Below are positions 24,490-31,991 of a stretch of 64,000 nt of DNA, piece after piece (the stretch's first letter is position 1; every line of letters begins with the position of its first letter). The translations under genes were made by a program, and so were the position numbers. The stretch is from a virus. Under the pieces are notes generated by a model. It was not told the origin of the DNA and searched no databases. It saw only the letters and a program-made list of their open reading frames with translations. The stretch spans positions 1 through 64,000 of the IMG/VR virus record IMGVR_UViG_2921643360_000001. One strand, written 5' to 3'.

Positions 24490-25264
24490 CCGGTTTTGTC
24501 GGCTGACCTTCAAGAGTGAAGGCGACGGTCGTAAAAATCGGGCGAGATATGGAATCTTCATCTGCGATTGTGGTACCGAGAAAGATGTGGCGTTCTCGCA
24601 CGTTGTTTCGGGAAAAATAAAAAGTTGTGGATGCCTCAAAGCGGAAGATGCCGGTAACAGGCTTCGCACTCATGGGATGCATGGTTCGCCAGAATATACG
24701 GTGTGGCAAGACATGTGGCAGCGCTGCACCAATCCAAAGACGGACAGATATCCGAATTACGGCGGACGGGGCATATCCGTCTGCGAGCGGTGGAAGTCGT
24801 TCGAGAACTTCTTTGCAGACATGGGTCAGCGCCCAGAAGGAACGTCGATAGAGCGAAAGGAGACGAACGGCAACTACGAGCCAAGTAACTGTCGTTGGGC
24901 CACGCCCAAGGAGCAAGGAAGGAATAGAACCAACAACCGTTTTATCGAATACAACGGGGAGAGGAAATGTGTTTCTGAATGGAGCGAGCAATTCGGCATA
25001 CCTCATTCAACGATTAACAATCGACTTCGGCTAGGGTTATCGTTAGATCAGGTTTTTGATGCAAGTGCAGATGGGTTTAAAAAGAAGTCAATCGTTGTCG
25101 ATGGTGTATCGAAGTGCACCAACGAATGGATGCGTGATGCTGGCATACCGATTTCGTCCTTCTATCACTTCCGGCGAAAGGGGCTGACTGAAGAAGAGAT
25201 CGTCAGGAAGTATCTGGCGCGCAAGCAACCCTACTCTCAAACGAATAACGAGGAAGCAGCCTAA
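24455..25264 (+). CDS. HNH-like (degenerate HNH_3-type) free-standing endonuclease paralog 1
   Basis: 'YPNYGGRGISVCERW..FENFFADMGQRPEGTSIERKETNGNYEPSNCRWATPKEQGRN' plus two C-terminal HTH-like repeats. Overlaps the ninG 3' end. Confidence 0.65.
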   Translation: MSITKWNMQPGDRFCRLTFKSEGDGRKNRARYGIFICDCGTEKDVAFSHVVSGKIKSCGCLKAEDAGNRLRTHGMHGSPEYTVWQDMWQRCTNPKTDRYPNYGGRGISVCERWKSFENFFADMGQRPEGTSIERKETNGNYEPSNCRWATPKEQGRNRTNNRFIEYNGERKCVSEWSEQFGIPHSTINNRLRLGLSLDQVFDASADGFKKKSIVVDGVSKCTNEWMRDAGIPISSFYHFRRKGLTEEEIVRKYLARKQPYSQTNNEEAA

Positions 25265-25459
25265 ATGCTATTCGCACTCGCTGGAATCATTCTCTGTGGC
25301 CTGAAGATCGCGGGCGTGACGATCGTTGCAACGTGGCCGTGGTGGCTGGTCACGCTGCCCTTCTGGATCGGCATTGCCATGTTCTTCGCAATGCTGCTGA
25401 TTGGTGGCGGCTTGTTCGCGCTCGCCGCGGCGTTTATTGCGTGGGTGGATCGCAAATGA
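25265..25459 (+). CDS. 64-aa polytopic membrane protein
   Basis: Almost entirely hydrophobic, with two or three TM helices. Confidence 0.55.
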   Translation: MLFALAGIILCGLKIAGVTIVATWPWWLVTLPFWIGIAMFFAMLLIGGGLFALAAAFIAWVDRK

Positions 25460-25848
25460 CTATCAACCTAGACGAAATCGAGAGGCTGGCGAAGGCGGCT
25501 GGCGGTGACAAGTGGACGGCATCTGACGGCGTTGTCTGGTTTGATGATGGCGACTCGGCGTTGCAAGTCATGAATCCGGTTCCTGCGTTCATTGCACACG
25601 ATAACCTCGGAACGTGGCCAGATGCGATAGACCGAGAAGATGTGGCGCTGTTCGCTGCTGCGGTCAACCCAGCCGCCATCCTCGCCCTGATCGCAGAGGT
25701 GCGGGCGCTTCGGGAGGATGCGTATAGGTATCGGTGGCTGCGAGAACAGAATTCCGACTACAAAAGCGCATGGTGTGTCGAGAATATCTACAACTGGGTC
25801 GGTGAAGATCTGGACGCCGAAATCGATAAAGCGCGAGGTGCCGCATGA
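25456..25848 (+). CDS. Ead/Ea22-like protein
   Basis: Internal ATG (MTINLDEIERLAKAAGGDKW...). 'NPAAILALIAEVRALRED' is typical of the family. Confidence 0.5.
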   Translation: MTINLDEIERLAKAAGGDKWTASDGVVWFDDGDSALQVMNPVPAFIAHDNLGTWPDAIDREDVALFAAAVNPAAILALIAEVRALREDAYRYRWLREQNSDYKSAWCVENIYNWVGEDLDAEIDKARGAA

Positions 25849-26060
25849 CCTTCATTGCTTTCGGCGTCGGCATGATATTCGCCTATGGGTCTGTTCTGGA
25901 GGTCCTACTTATTATGCCGGGGCGTAAGCCGCCCGCTCCGCCGCCTACCAAGTTTCGACGCAAGTATCGAGACCTTCCCGTTGCCGACATTCCGCCGCCG
26001 TGGGAGAGAGTCGAAGGCATCGATTACAAATGGATAAACATTGCGGGAGAGCAGGAATGA
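25845..26060 (+). CDS. Small membrane-anchored protein
   Basis: 71 aa with an N-terminal TM. Part of the overlap chain. Confidence 0.45.
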   Translation: MTFIAFGVGMIFAYGSVLEVLLIMPGRKPPAPPPTKFRRKYRDLPVADIPPPWERVEGIDYKWINIAGEQE

Positions 26061-26317
26061 ACAAGCCTTCAGAACACTTTCTGCGAATGATGGTCGCGGC
26101 GTTTTACGAACTGCCGGGAAATTGCGTAGGCGGTTGTCTGCGCATCGTCCTCGATGATGACAACCTCGAAGACCATCACGTCCGCTGGTGTCGGGAGGAG
26201 GCGCAAAAGCGAAACGACCAGGATGCGATGTTTATGTGTGACGTGCTGATGCTCTACACCGAGGACGAGCGATTCGAGATTCTGGAGACTCGCGGGCTTC
26301 CACCGTACGAAGAGTAA
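26057..26317 (+). CDS. Hypothetical small protein
   Basis: Internal ATG (MNKPSEHFL...), ATGA-coupled. Confidence 0.5.
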   Translation: MNKPSEHFLRMMVAAFYELPGNCVGGCLRIVLDDDNLEDHHVRWCREEAQKRNDQDAMFMCDVLMLYTEDERFEILETRGLPPYEE

Positions 26318-26321
26318 AAGT

Positions 26322-26365
26322 GTTGTCCTCGCGTGCGCATAGCACACCATAGCGCGTAGGACAAC
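26322..26365 (+). terminator. Long hairpin (GTTGTCCTCGCG...CGCGTAGGACAAC) without U-tract, followed by an AT-rich tract
   Basis: A roughly 12-bp stem seen directly. It separates the nin-like genes from the Q-like gene. Confidence 0.35.
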
Positions 26366-26432
26366 GAAATTTATGATACTATTAGTAGGTTAACAAGCGT
26401 TGTTTTCCACAATAGATTGTGCGGGGTTCAAG

Positions 26433-26831
26433 ATGACGCAAGAACAATCCGATGAAGTTGAGCATTTGCTGAGAACATGGTTTGAGTGGCAATGTCGCCA
26501 GTCCATCGCCATGCACGCGAAGATGTATTACCGCCCTGCCGATTCTATGGGTCGCCAATCGATCACGAATCGCACGTGCGAAGAGGACGATGAAGTCGCG
26601 TATCAATGGGCGGACGATCAGCAATCGGAGCAAGTCCAACTCTGCGTCGACGAACTCACGATCGACCAGCGAGCGGCGATATCAACATCGATGCGTAATA
26701 AGGCTAGCGACGCGTCAGTGTGGAGATCAGTGCGCGTTGGCGATCAGCACGCCGTCTATCAGTCGGCAAAGTCTGACCTTATCCCGATGCTGGCTGCGCG
26801 GCACCTTATTCGGATGGAGATGGCGGTATGA
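26433..26831 (+). CDS. Q-like late antiterminator (putative)
   Basis: 'LLRTWFEWQ' N-terminus and 'LIPMLAARHLIRMEMAV' C-terminus resemble Phage_antitermQ proteins. Positioned before the late region. Confidence 0.5.
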   Translation: MTQEQSDEVEHLLRTWFEWQCRQSIAMHAKMYYRPADSMGRQSITNRTCEEDDEVAYQWADDQQSEQVQLCVDELTIDQRAAISTSMRNKASDASVWRSVRVGDQHAVYQSAKSDLIPMLAARHLIRMEMAV

Positions 26832-27553
26832 GCTTCGTTCAACGCTTCGAGCGCAACAAGGTCGGTAGGGACTTCGCAGTTGGCGACATTCACGGCCATT
26901 TCCGCGCGCTCTGGACTGTTCTGGGAAGCATTGGCTTCGACCGAGAGAAAGACCGCCTGTTTAGCGTTGGCGATCTGGTCGACCGTGGGCCCGATTCGGA
27001 GATGGCTCTGGATTGGATCGACGAACCGTGGTTCCATGCCGTGCGCGGCAATCACGAGGATATGGCTATTCGCTGGCCCAGCGGCAACATGGATGCGGCG
27101 CACTATGCGGCCAATGGCGGAGGCTGGAATGTGTCGAACCCTCGCCATGCGCAGTTAGCGTTCTCGTGGGCGTTCAACGCCCTGCCAATCGCCATCGAGG
27201 TAGAGACGGAGGACGGAAAGGTCGGCATCGTGCATGCGGACTGCCCTTTCCCGACGTGGCGCGATTTCGTTGTGTCGCTGGATGACGCCAGCATGTCGAA
27301 CAAGATGCGCAAGGCGGTATTCGAGGCGGCGCTCTGGTCGCGTGAGCGGATTCAGGATGAGGACCGCTCCGGCGTGCCGGACATTCGCGCGCTGATTGTC
27401 GGTCATACGCCGCTCAAGAAACCCGCCGTGCTTGGCAATGTGCATTACATCGACACTGGCGGCTGGTTCCGTGACGGCTATTTCACGCTAATCAATCTGG
27501 CAACGCTGGAGACGATCCCGCCGATGCCTGAGCAATTGGATTGTGCGGCTTGA
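26828..27553 (+). CDS. Lambda-type Ser/Thr protein phosphatase (metallophosphoesterase)
   Basis: 'VGDIHGHF', 'GDLVDRGP', 'RGNHE' and 'VGHTP' motifs. Confidence 0.85.
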   Translation: MSFVQRFERNKVGRDFAVGDIHGHFRALWTVLGSIGFDREKDRLFSVGDLVDRGPDSEMALDWIDEPWFHAVRGNHEDMAIRWPSGNMDAAHYAANGGGWNVSNPRHAQLAFSWAFNALPIAIEVETEDGKVGIVHADCPFPTWRDFVVSLDDASMSNKMRKAVFEAALWSRERIQDEDRSGVPDIRALIVGHTPLKKPAVLGNVHYIDTGGWFRDGYFTLINLATLETIPPMPEQLDCAA

Positions 27554-27554
27554 A

Positions 27555-27605
27555 AAATATTTGAGAAAAGTGCTTGCGCAACGATTCTAGCTGTGGCATT
27601 GTTCG
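27555..27605 (+). promoter_or_regulatory. Candidate late (PR'-like) promoter region
   Basis: AT-rich tract with TTGAGA / TTGCGC -35-like and CATTGT -10-like hexamers just upstream of a terminator. The hexamers are weak. Confidence 0.3.
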
Positions 27606-27629
27606 GGGTAGGGGCCTTGCGCCCAAATC

Positions 27630-27665
27630 AGCCCGATCCAGCGAAAGCCGGTCGGGCTTTTTCAT
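27630..27665 (+). terminator. Rho-independent terminator (tR'-like)
   Basis: AGCCCGA...TCGGGCT stem followed by TTTTTCATTT. Confidence 0.7.
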
Positions 27666-27902
27666 TTGGTCTCCGTGATGCGCTCAACTGCCCTTCCCTC
27701 TAGTCACTACCGCGACCCGATGGAGGTCGCTATTGCGAATCAGGAGCGCGAAGCCAGAGAGAAGCGCCGAGCCGAAGAGAAGCCCCGACGTCCAATCCTG
27801 ACATTGAAGGAATCGGATGCCGAGAAAGCGAAGCGCTCTCGCGCCGCGCGAGAGGCAGCCGAAGAATTATTCGAAATCCCGCCGCGACTCGGAAGGTCAT
27901 GA
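27666..27902 (+). CDS. Questionable K/R/E-rich ORF (start unclear)
   Basis: TTG/ATG starts without SD. Low-complexity charged sequence. Confidence 0.3.
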   Translation: MVSVMRSTALPSSHYRDPMEVAIANQEREAREKRRAEEKPRRPILTLKESDAEKAKRSRAAREAAEELFEIPPRLGRS

Positions 27903-27973
27903 GTTGCACCAAGCCCGCAGCAAGCAGCGCAATACTGCTCTCGCCGGTTCGCCGGCCAGAATTCGGAGTGTGA

Positions 27974-28213
27974 ATGACCGTCTACTACCTTGCGCAAGCC
28001 GATAACGGCAGGATCACGCTCGACCGCGAATGCCACGGTAGCCTGATAAAGGCGATCACGGTCAACGATCCGCCCATTATTCGGCGCGAGATTGACGGCG
28101 AGATGGTGGATTGTCCGCAGTATTGGGAAAGCTACGCCGAAGCCCGCCAGCAAGTGAACGCAAGTGAGTTCGATCATGTGCGTGGCGAAGGCTACTTTGC
28201 GAGGAAGCAGTGA
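27974..28213 (+). CDS. Hypothetical small protein
   Basis: 79-aa ORF with protein-like sequence. Confidence 0.5.
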   Translation: MTVYYLAQADNGRITLDRECHGSLIKAITVNDPPIIRREIDGEMVDCPQYWESYAEARQQVNASEFDHVRGEGYFARKQ

Positions 28214-28315
28214 TGGGCTGGAATCCAGTAGCAGCGTGGCTGATGTGGCTCGCGACCTGGAACATGGGTGCAACCCAGATGCTTCTAGACATGGCGGATC
28301 GGATGGAAGGCGACG

Positions 28316-28522
28316 GTGATTGACCGAATTGGCGTAGAGCCGAAAGTCTACCCGCGCGTGCATTGCTCGCCAGACATTCTGGTAGAGCGCTCCGCGACAT
28401 TCTTAACCGCTGGCCAAGTCGTGACAATGATCTGGTCGGAGCGCGATAAGGTTTTCAAGATGCCTGAGCCACGCAGCGAGGCTGTCGAGAAGTTGCGGCG
28501 ACAACTACTGGCGCAACGCTGA
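28316..28522 (+). CDS. Hypothetical small protein (GTG start)
   Basis: 68-aa ORF. A possible 36-aa ORF (28213..28323) precedes it. Confidence 0.45.
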   Translation: MIDRIGVEPKVYPRVHCSPDILVERSATFLTAGQVVTMIWSERDKVFKMPEPRSEAVEKLRRQLLAQR

Positions 28523-28526
28523 GCTT

Positions 28527-28582
28527 TGTACGACTTTTCACCCGCGTACGCATTTCTCGTACACCACCAGAAACCGTACGCA
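28527..28582. repeat. Four phased (C/T)GTAC(G/A)C boxes
   Basis: TGTACGAC at 28527, CGTACGCA at 28545, CGTACACC at 28558 and CGTACGCA at 28575. Confidence 0.5.
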
Positions 28583-29034
28583 AAGTTCCGCAGAAAGCCG
28601 GAAGAATGCCGCCAGGCAAGGCTCTGAGCGGGATAGTTCTGATGGAACAGGAATAAAGACGGGGTTGATCGCCCGTCATGCGCCCGATGCGTCGGGGGTC
28701 GCAATGGCAGCAGCCAGGAAGCAAAGGAGTGAAGCCGCTCCGCCCATTGGGTGCCTGGCTAGGGTGTTGCATGGACTGAGTAGTTGCATGCTGCCGGTCG
28801 CTCCACGAAACGGAGTGCTTTCGTTTATGCTGCCCGGTCCGAACTGGCATGGGTAAAGAGTACGGCGCAAAGAACCTTCCAGGAGGGCCGCCGTTAAATC
28901 GCACGTAGCAGCCTACCAAGGCGGCATAAACGAAGGTGAAACAGAGTCAGCAGCGCGCGCCGATAGGCGGGTATATGCCCATGCGGGCTGAGCGTGAATC
29001 CTTCACCCCTCCCCACGACGACACCCTCGTCGCT

Positions 29035-29059
29035 GCCCGCGCTGATGCGGGCTTTTTTT
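29035..29059 (+). terminator. Strong rho-independent terminator
   Basis: GCCCGC-gctgat-GCGGGC followed by TTTTTTT, 15 nt before the next ATG. Confidence 0.8.
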
Positions 29060-29073
29060 ATTCTGGTGCGACC

Positions 29074-29460
29074 ATGCCGCGCAAACCTAAGACGGCACCG
29101 GTCGAATGGCTTGAGATTCCCGTTTTCCCGATTCCGATTTATGCCGGCAAGGTCCTCTTGTGTGTAACTCGTGATGAATGGTCGAGCGTCGCGCATGCCT
29201 ACGATAGCGACCCGGACACGGACGGATGCAAAGGGCTGGCGATTCGCCACCTGAACGACGACGGACGTACGTATGTGATCGGCGTCTTCGATGGCGCAAC
29301 AGACACGTTTGTCCACGAGCTGGCACACACGGTATTTCATCTGCTGGGCGATGTCGGAATACCGGTTGAATCCGGCGAAGCGAATGAGGCGTTCACATAT
29401 CTGATTGGCTGGCTAATGCGCGAGGTGTTTCCAGTATTCCTCGCCAGAACGAAAACTTAA
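29074..29460 (+). CDS. Small HExxH metallopeptidase-like protein
   Basis: Internal ATG (MPRKPKTAPVEW...) with the 'FVHELAHTVFH' motif. Confidence 0.55.
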   Translation: MPRKPKTAPVEWLEIPVFPIPIYAGKVLLCVTRDEWSSVAHAYDSDPDTDGCKGLAIRHLNDDGRTYVIGVFDGATDTFVHELAHTVFHLLGDVGIPVESGEANEAFTYLIGWLMREVFPVFLARTKT

Positions 29461-29469
29461 GGGGAAAGC

Positions 29470-30648
29470 ATGCCTATCGCGCGCCAGTACGACGAACGGT
29501 TAAAAGAGTTTGCCGACAGCCGCGAGGCCGAATTCCTCAGTGCTGTGCTGGAGCATGGTTCGCCCAATGCGGCGGCCAAAGCGCTCGGGAAGCATCACAG
29601 CACCGTCATTCGGGCGCTGGACAGTTTAGAAGCGCGCGCCGCACGCATGGGTTATGCGCCGGCCTACGACATGACGCGTCCATGCCCGCCGGGGTTCCGG
29701 TCGCGCGGCACGTCGACACTCGTCAAGGCTGACGGCTCCATTGCCATGCAATGGGTGAAGACGGAAGCCGACAAGTCACAAGACGAAGCGATTCTCCGCG
29801 AGTTTGCCCAATCGCTGGCGGATGGCGTGAAGGGCTTGGCACCGATTACGCCCGCGCCGGCGCACGTTGTTTCCGATCTGCTGTGTGTCTATCCTCAAGG
29901 TGACCCACACGTCGGTTTGCATAGCTGGTGGGCTGAAGCCGGAGAAGACTTCGACCTGAAGATTGCCGAACGCCTGATGTGCGCCGCGGTTGATCGACTC
30001 GTCGCAACCGCGCCAGCAGCCGAAACCGCCCTGCTCCTAAATTTAGGAGATATGTTCCATGCTGACAATCAGAAGAACGAAAGCCAGTCGGGACATAAAT
30101 TAGACGTCGACGGACGCTGGGCAAAGGTTCAGCAGGTAGGATTGCGCGCGATGCTGCACTGTGTGCGCCGCCTGCTTGAAAAGCATAAGCGCGTGATTCT
30201 CCGCATCAACCGCGGCAATCACGACGGCCATTCGTCGTATGCGTTGGCGCTGATGATCTCGTGCTACTTCCACAATGAGCCGCGCGTGGAGGTCGACTTG
30301 TCACCCGCCGTCTGCTGGTATCACCAGTTCGGCGGCAACCTGATTGGATCGACGCACGGCGACACGATCAAAGGCCCGAATCTGCTGCCCGTCATGGCAG
30401 CGGACGTCCCCGAGATGTGGGGCGCAACAAAGCATCGCATGTGGTTCGTGGGTCACGTCCACCATCAGGACATCAAGGAATACCCGGGCGGCACGGTGGA
30501 GTACTTCCGCACGCTGGCCGCTCGTGATGCGTGGCACGCCGGGCAGGGATACCGCGCCGGACGCGACATGCGCCTGATTGTGCTGCACCGTGAGCACGGC
30601 GAGATCGAGCGGCACCGCGCAGACATTGGAATGCTGGAGGCGGCATGA
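29470..30648 (+). CDS. LysR-type-HTH-like N-terminus fused to a calcineurin-like metallophosphoesterase
   Basis: 'SAVLEHGSPNAAAKALGKHHSTVIRALDSLE', then 'GDPHVG', 'LGDMFHADN', 'RGNHDGH' and 'GHVHH'. Confidence 0.6.
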   Translation: MPIARQYDERLKEFADSREAEFLSAVLEHGSPNAAAKALGKHHSTVIRALDSLEARAARMGYAPAYDMTRPCPPGFRSRGTSTLVKADGSIAMQWVKTEADKSQDEAILREFAQSLADGVKGLAPITPAPAHVVSDLLCVYPQGDPHVGLHSWWAEAGEDFDLKIAERLMCAAVDRLVATAPAAETALLLNLGDMFHADNQKNESQSGHKLDVDGRWAKVQQVGLRAMLHCVRRLLEKHKRVILRINRGNHDGHSSYALALMISCYFHNEPRVEVDLSPAVCWYHQFGGNLIGSTHGDTIKGPNLLPVMAADVPEMWGATKHRMWFVGHVHHQDIKEYPGGTVEYFRTLAARDAWHAGQGYRAGRDMRLIVLHREHGEIERHRADIGMLEAA

Positions 30649-30959
30649 AAGCGATGACCAGCGGCGAGAAGGTCGCCCAGCTTGAGGCGCGCATTGCAGA
30701 GTTGGAGCGCTTGGTTGGCATTCTGACGCGTGAGCGCGATTCGAAGCCGCCTGCGGTGTACGGACCGCTCGACAGGACGCCAACACTTCCGGGCTGGCCG
30801 ATGGACCCAAAGCCGTTCGAGCCGGTATTCCCGCTGCCGGGAGCCATGCCAACGTGCGGTAAGTGCGGCATTACGCTGTCGCCGGTCATGGGCTATTGCT
30901 GCTCTCGCACTGATTGCCCGTGCGGGCTTGGCGGCGTCACTTGCACGACGACGGCATGA
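30645..30959 (+). CDS. Coiled-coil / Cys-rich small protein
   Basis: 104 aa. 'VAQLEARIAELERLV' is followed by a C-terminal CGKCG..CC..C.C cluster. Confidence 0.5.
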   Translation: MKAMTSGEKVAQLEARIAELERLVGILTRERDSKPPAVYGPLDRTPTLPGWPMDPKPFEPVFPLPGAMPTCGKCGITLSPVMGYCCSRTDCPCGLGGVTCTTTA

Positions 30960-31029
30960 TCACCCCCAACACTCTTTTCCTCGCCTACACCATATTTGTT
31001 GCGTGTTGTGTGATTGTGGCGGGGAGAGG

Positions 31030-31368
31030 TTAAACGCTTCCGGAGCGGCGCACCTTCACATTGATCGTGCGCTTTCCTGATGCGTCGACTGACGTGCTGG
31101 GCCGATCGAACTTTGCCGTGCGAGGGCGCTCCTGATTCAGCGTCTCCGCAGCTTGCGCCAGCGACTCCAGCGCGAACTGTTCCGGGTAAGTCATCTCGAC
31201 GTCAGTAGTCTTGCCGTCGACCTCGCGCGAGCCGGCTATCAGGTAACGCAACCGGCGCTCGCTGATACCGATCGTGGTTGCAATCCAGAACTGAGATTTG
31301 CCGATGCGCTCGACCAGCTTGCGAACGGTTTCGGCGCGCGGGTCGTGGTTGTCTGAGTTAGGTGTCAT
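31030..31368 (-). CDS. XRE-like HTH protein (third gene of the reverse operon)
   Basis: 'SQFWIATTIGISERRLRYLIAG' HTH. ATGA overlap with the upstream peptide gene. Confidence 0.6.
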   Translation of the reverse strand: MTPNSDNHDPRAETVRKLVERIGKSQFWIATTIGISERRLRYLIAGSREVDGKTTDVEMTYPEQFALESLAQAAETLNQERPRTAKFDRPSTSVDASGKRTINVKVRRSGSV

Positions 31369-31505
31369 AGCTTGCGGTAGATGATTGCTTCGGGATACGA
31401 GTTACGCAGGCAGCGCAAAGCGCTTTCTACGTCTCGCGGTTTGTTTGAATCGACGGTAATGGTGCAAACCAATTTGCCGTTGAGGAAGGCGCCGTAGGTG
31501 ACCAT
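31365..31505 (-). CDS. 46-aa peptide
   Basis: My translation is MVTYGAFLNGKLVCTITVDSNKPRDVESALRCLRNSYPEAIIYRKL. It fills the gap and is translationally coupled. Confidence 0.4.
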   Translation of the reverse strand: MVTYGAFLNGKLVCTITVDSNKPRDVESALRCLRNSYPEAIIYRKL

Positions 31506-31513
31506 GGCTCGCC

Positions 31514-31813
31514 TCAAAGAACGATGCTGGAGATTTCTGCTGCGCGCTTCGCGGCGGCGATCGCCTTATCTGCTGCGTGGGCTGCGGCACGTTGTGCATC
31601 GGCGATGAGTTCTTTTGCCTCGGCAACGGTGATCTTCTCGACGCCGTTGTGCGGGACAAACTTGTAGATCTGTGTGCCAGCCTTGTTGACGAGGATGTAT
31701 GCGTCGGGTGCAAAGTCGCCGGGAGTGGCGATTGCAGCCTTTACGGTGAGGCTCAGGAAGCCAACCTTAACGGTTGCGCCGATGGACCAATCTTGCTTGC
31801 TCTTCGTGATCAT
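31514..31813 (-). CDS. 99-aa hypothetical protein (first gene of the reverse operon)
   Basis: Internal ATG 31813 preceded by GGAGAAACGAA. Reads MITKSKQDWSIGATVKVGF... Confidence 0.55.
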   Translation of the reverse strand: MITKSKQDWSIGATVKVGFLSLTVKAAIATPGDFAPDAYILVNKAGTQIYKFVPHNGVEKITVAEAKELIADAQRAAAHAADKAIAAAKRAAEISSIVL

Positions 31814-31860
31814 TTCGTTTCTCCGGGTTCGCCTTCCACGTTGTGTGGCGGCATGTGTGA

Positions 31861-31889
31861 ATCTTAGGTGAGGCACACTGTGCCGTCAA
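31861..31889 (-). promoter_or_regulatory. Sigma70-like promoter (TTGACG-17-TAAGAT) with palindromic operator GGCACAGTGTGCC in the spacer
   Basis: Read directly from the minus strand. Extra half-sites are TGTGCC at 31907 and GGCACA at 31933. Confidence 0.6.
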
Positions 31890-31991
31890 GCGTTATTTAG
31901 GATATTTGTGCCTCAGAATAACGAGCGGATACGGCACACATCGGCAAACACCCTGATTTTCCGGAAACTCCCCCATGAATGAGGTGCAGGT

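Noticed and set aside
28665-28856. 63-aa ORF inside the 550-bp ORF-poor block
   Set aside because: It has a TTG start, several AGG and AGT codons, no SD and no recognisable fold features. That is not enough to call it a gene.
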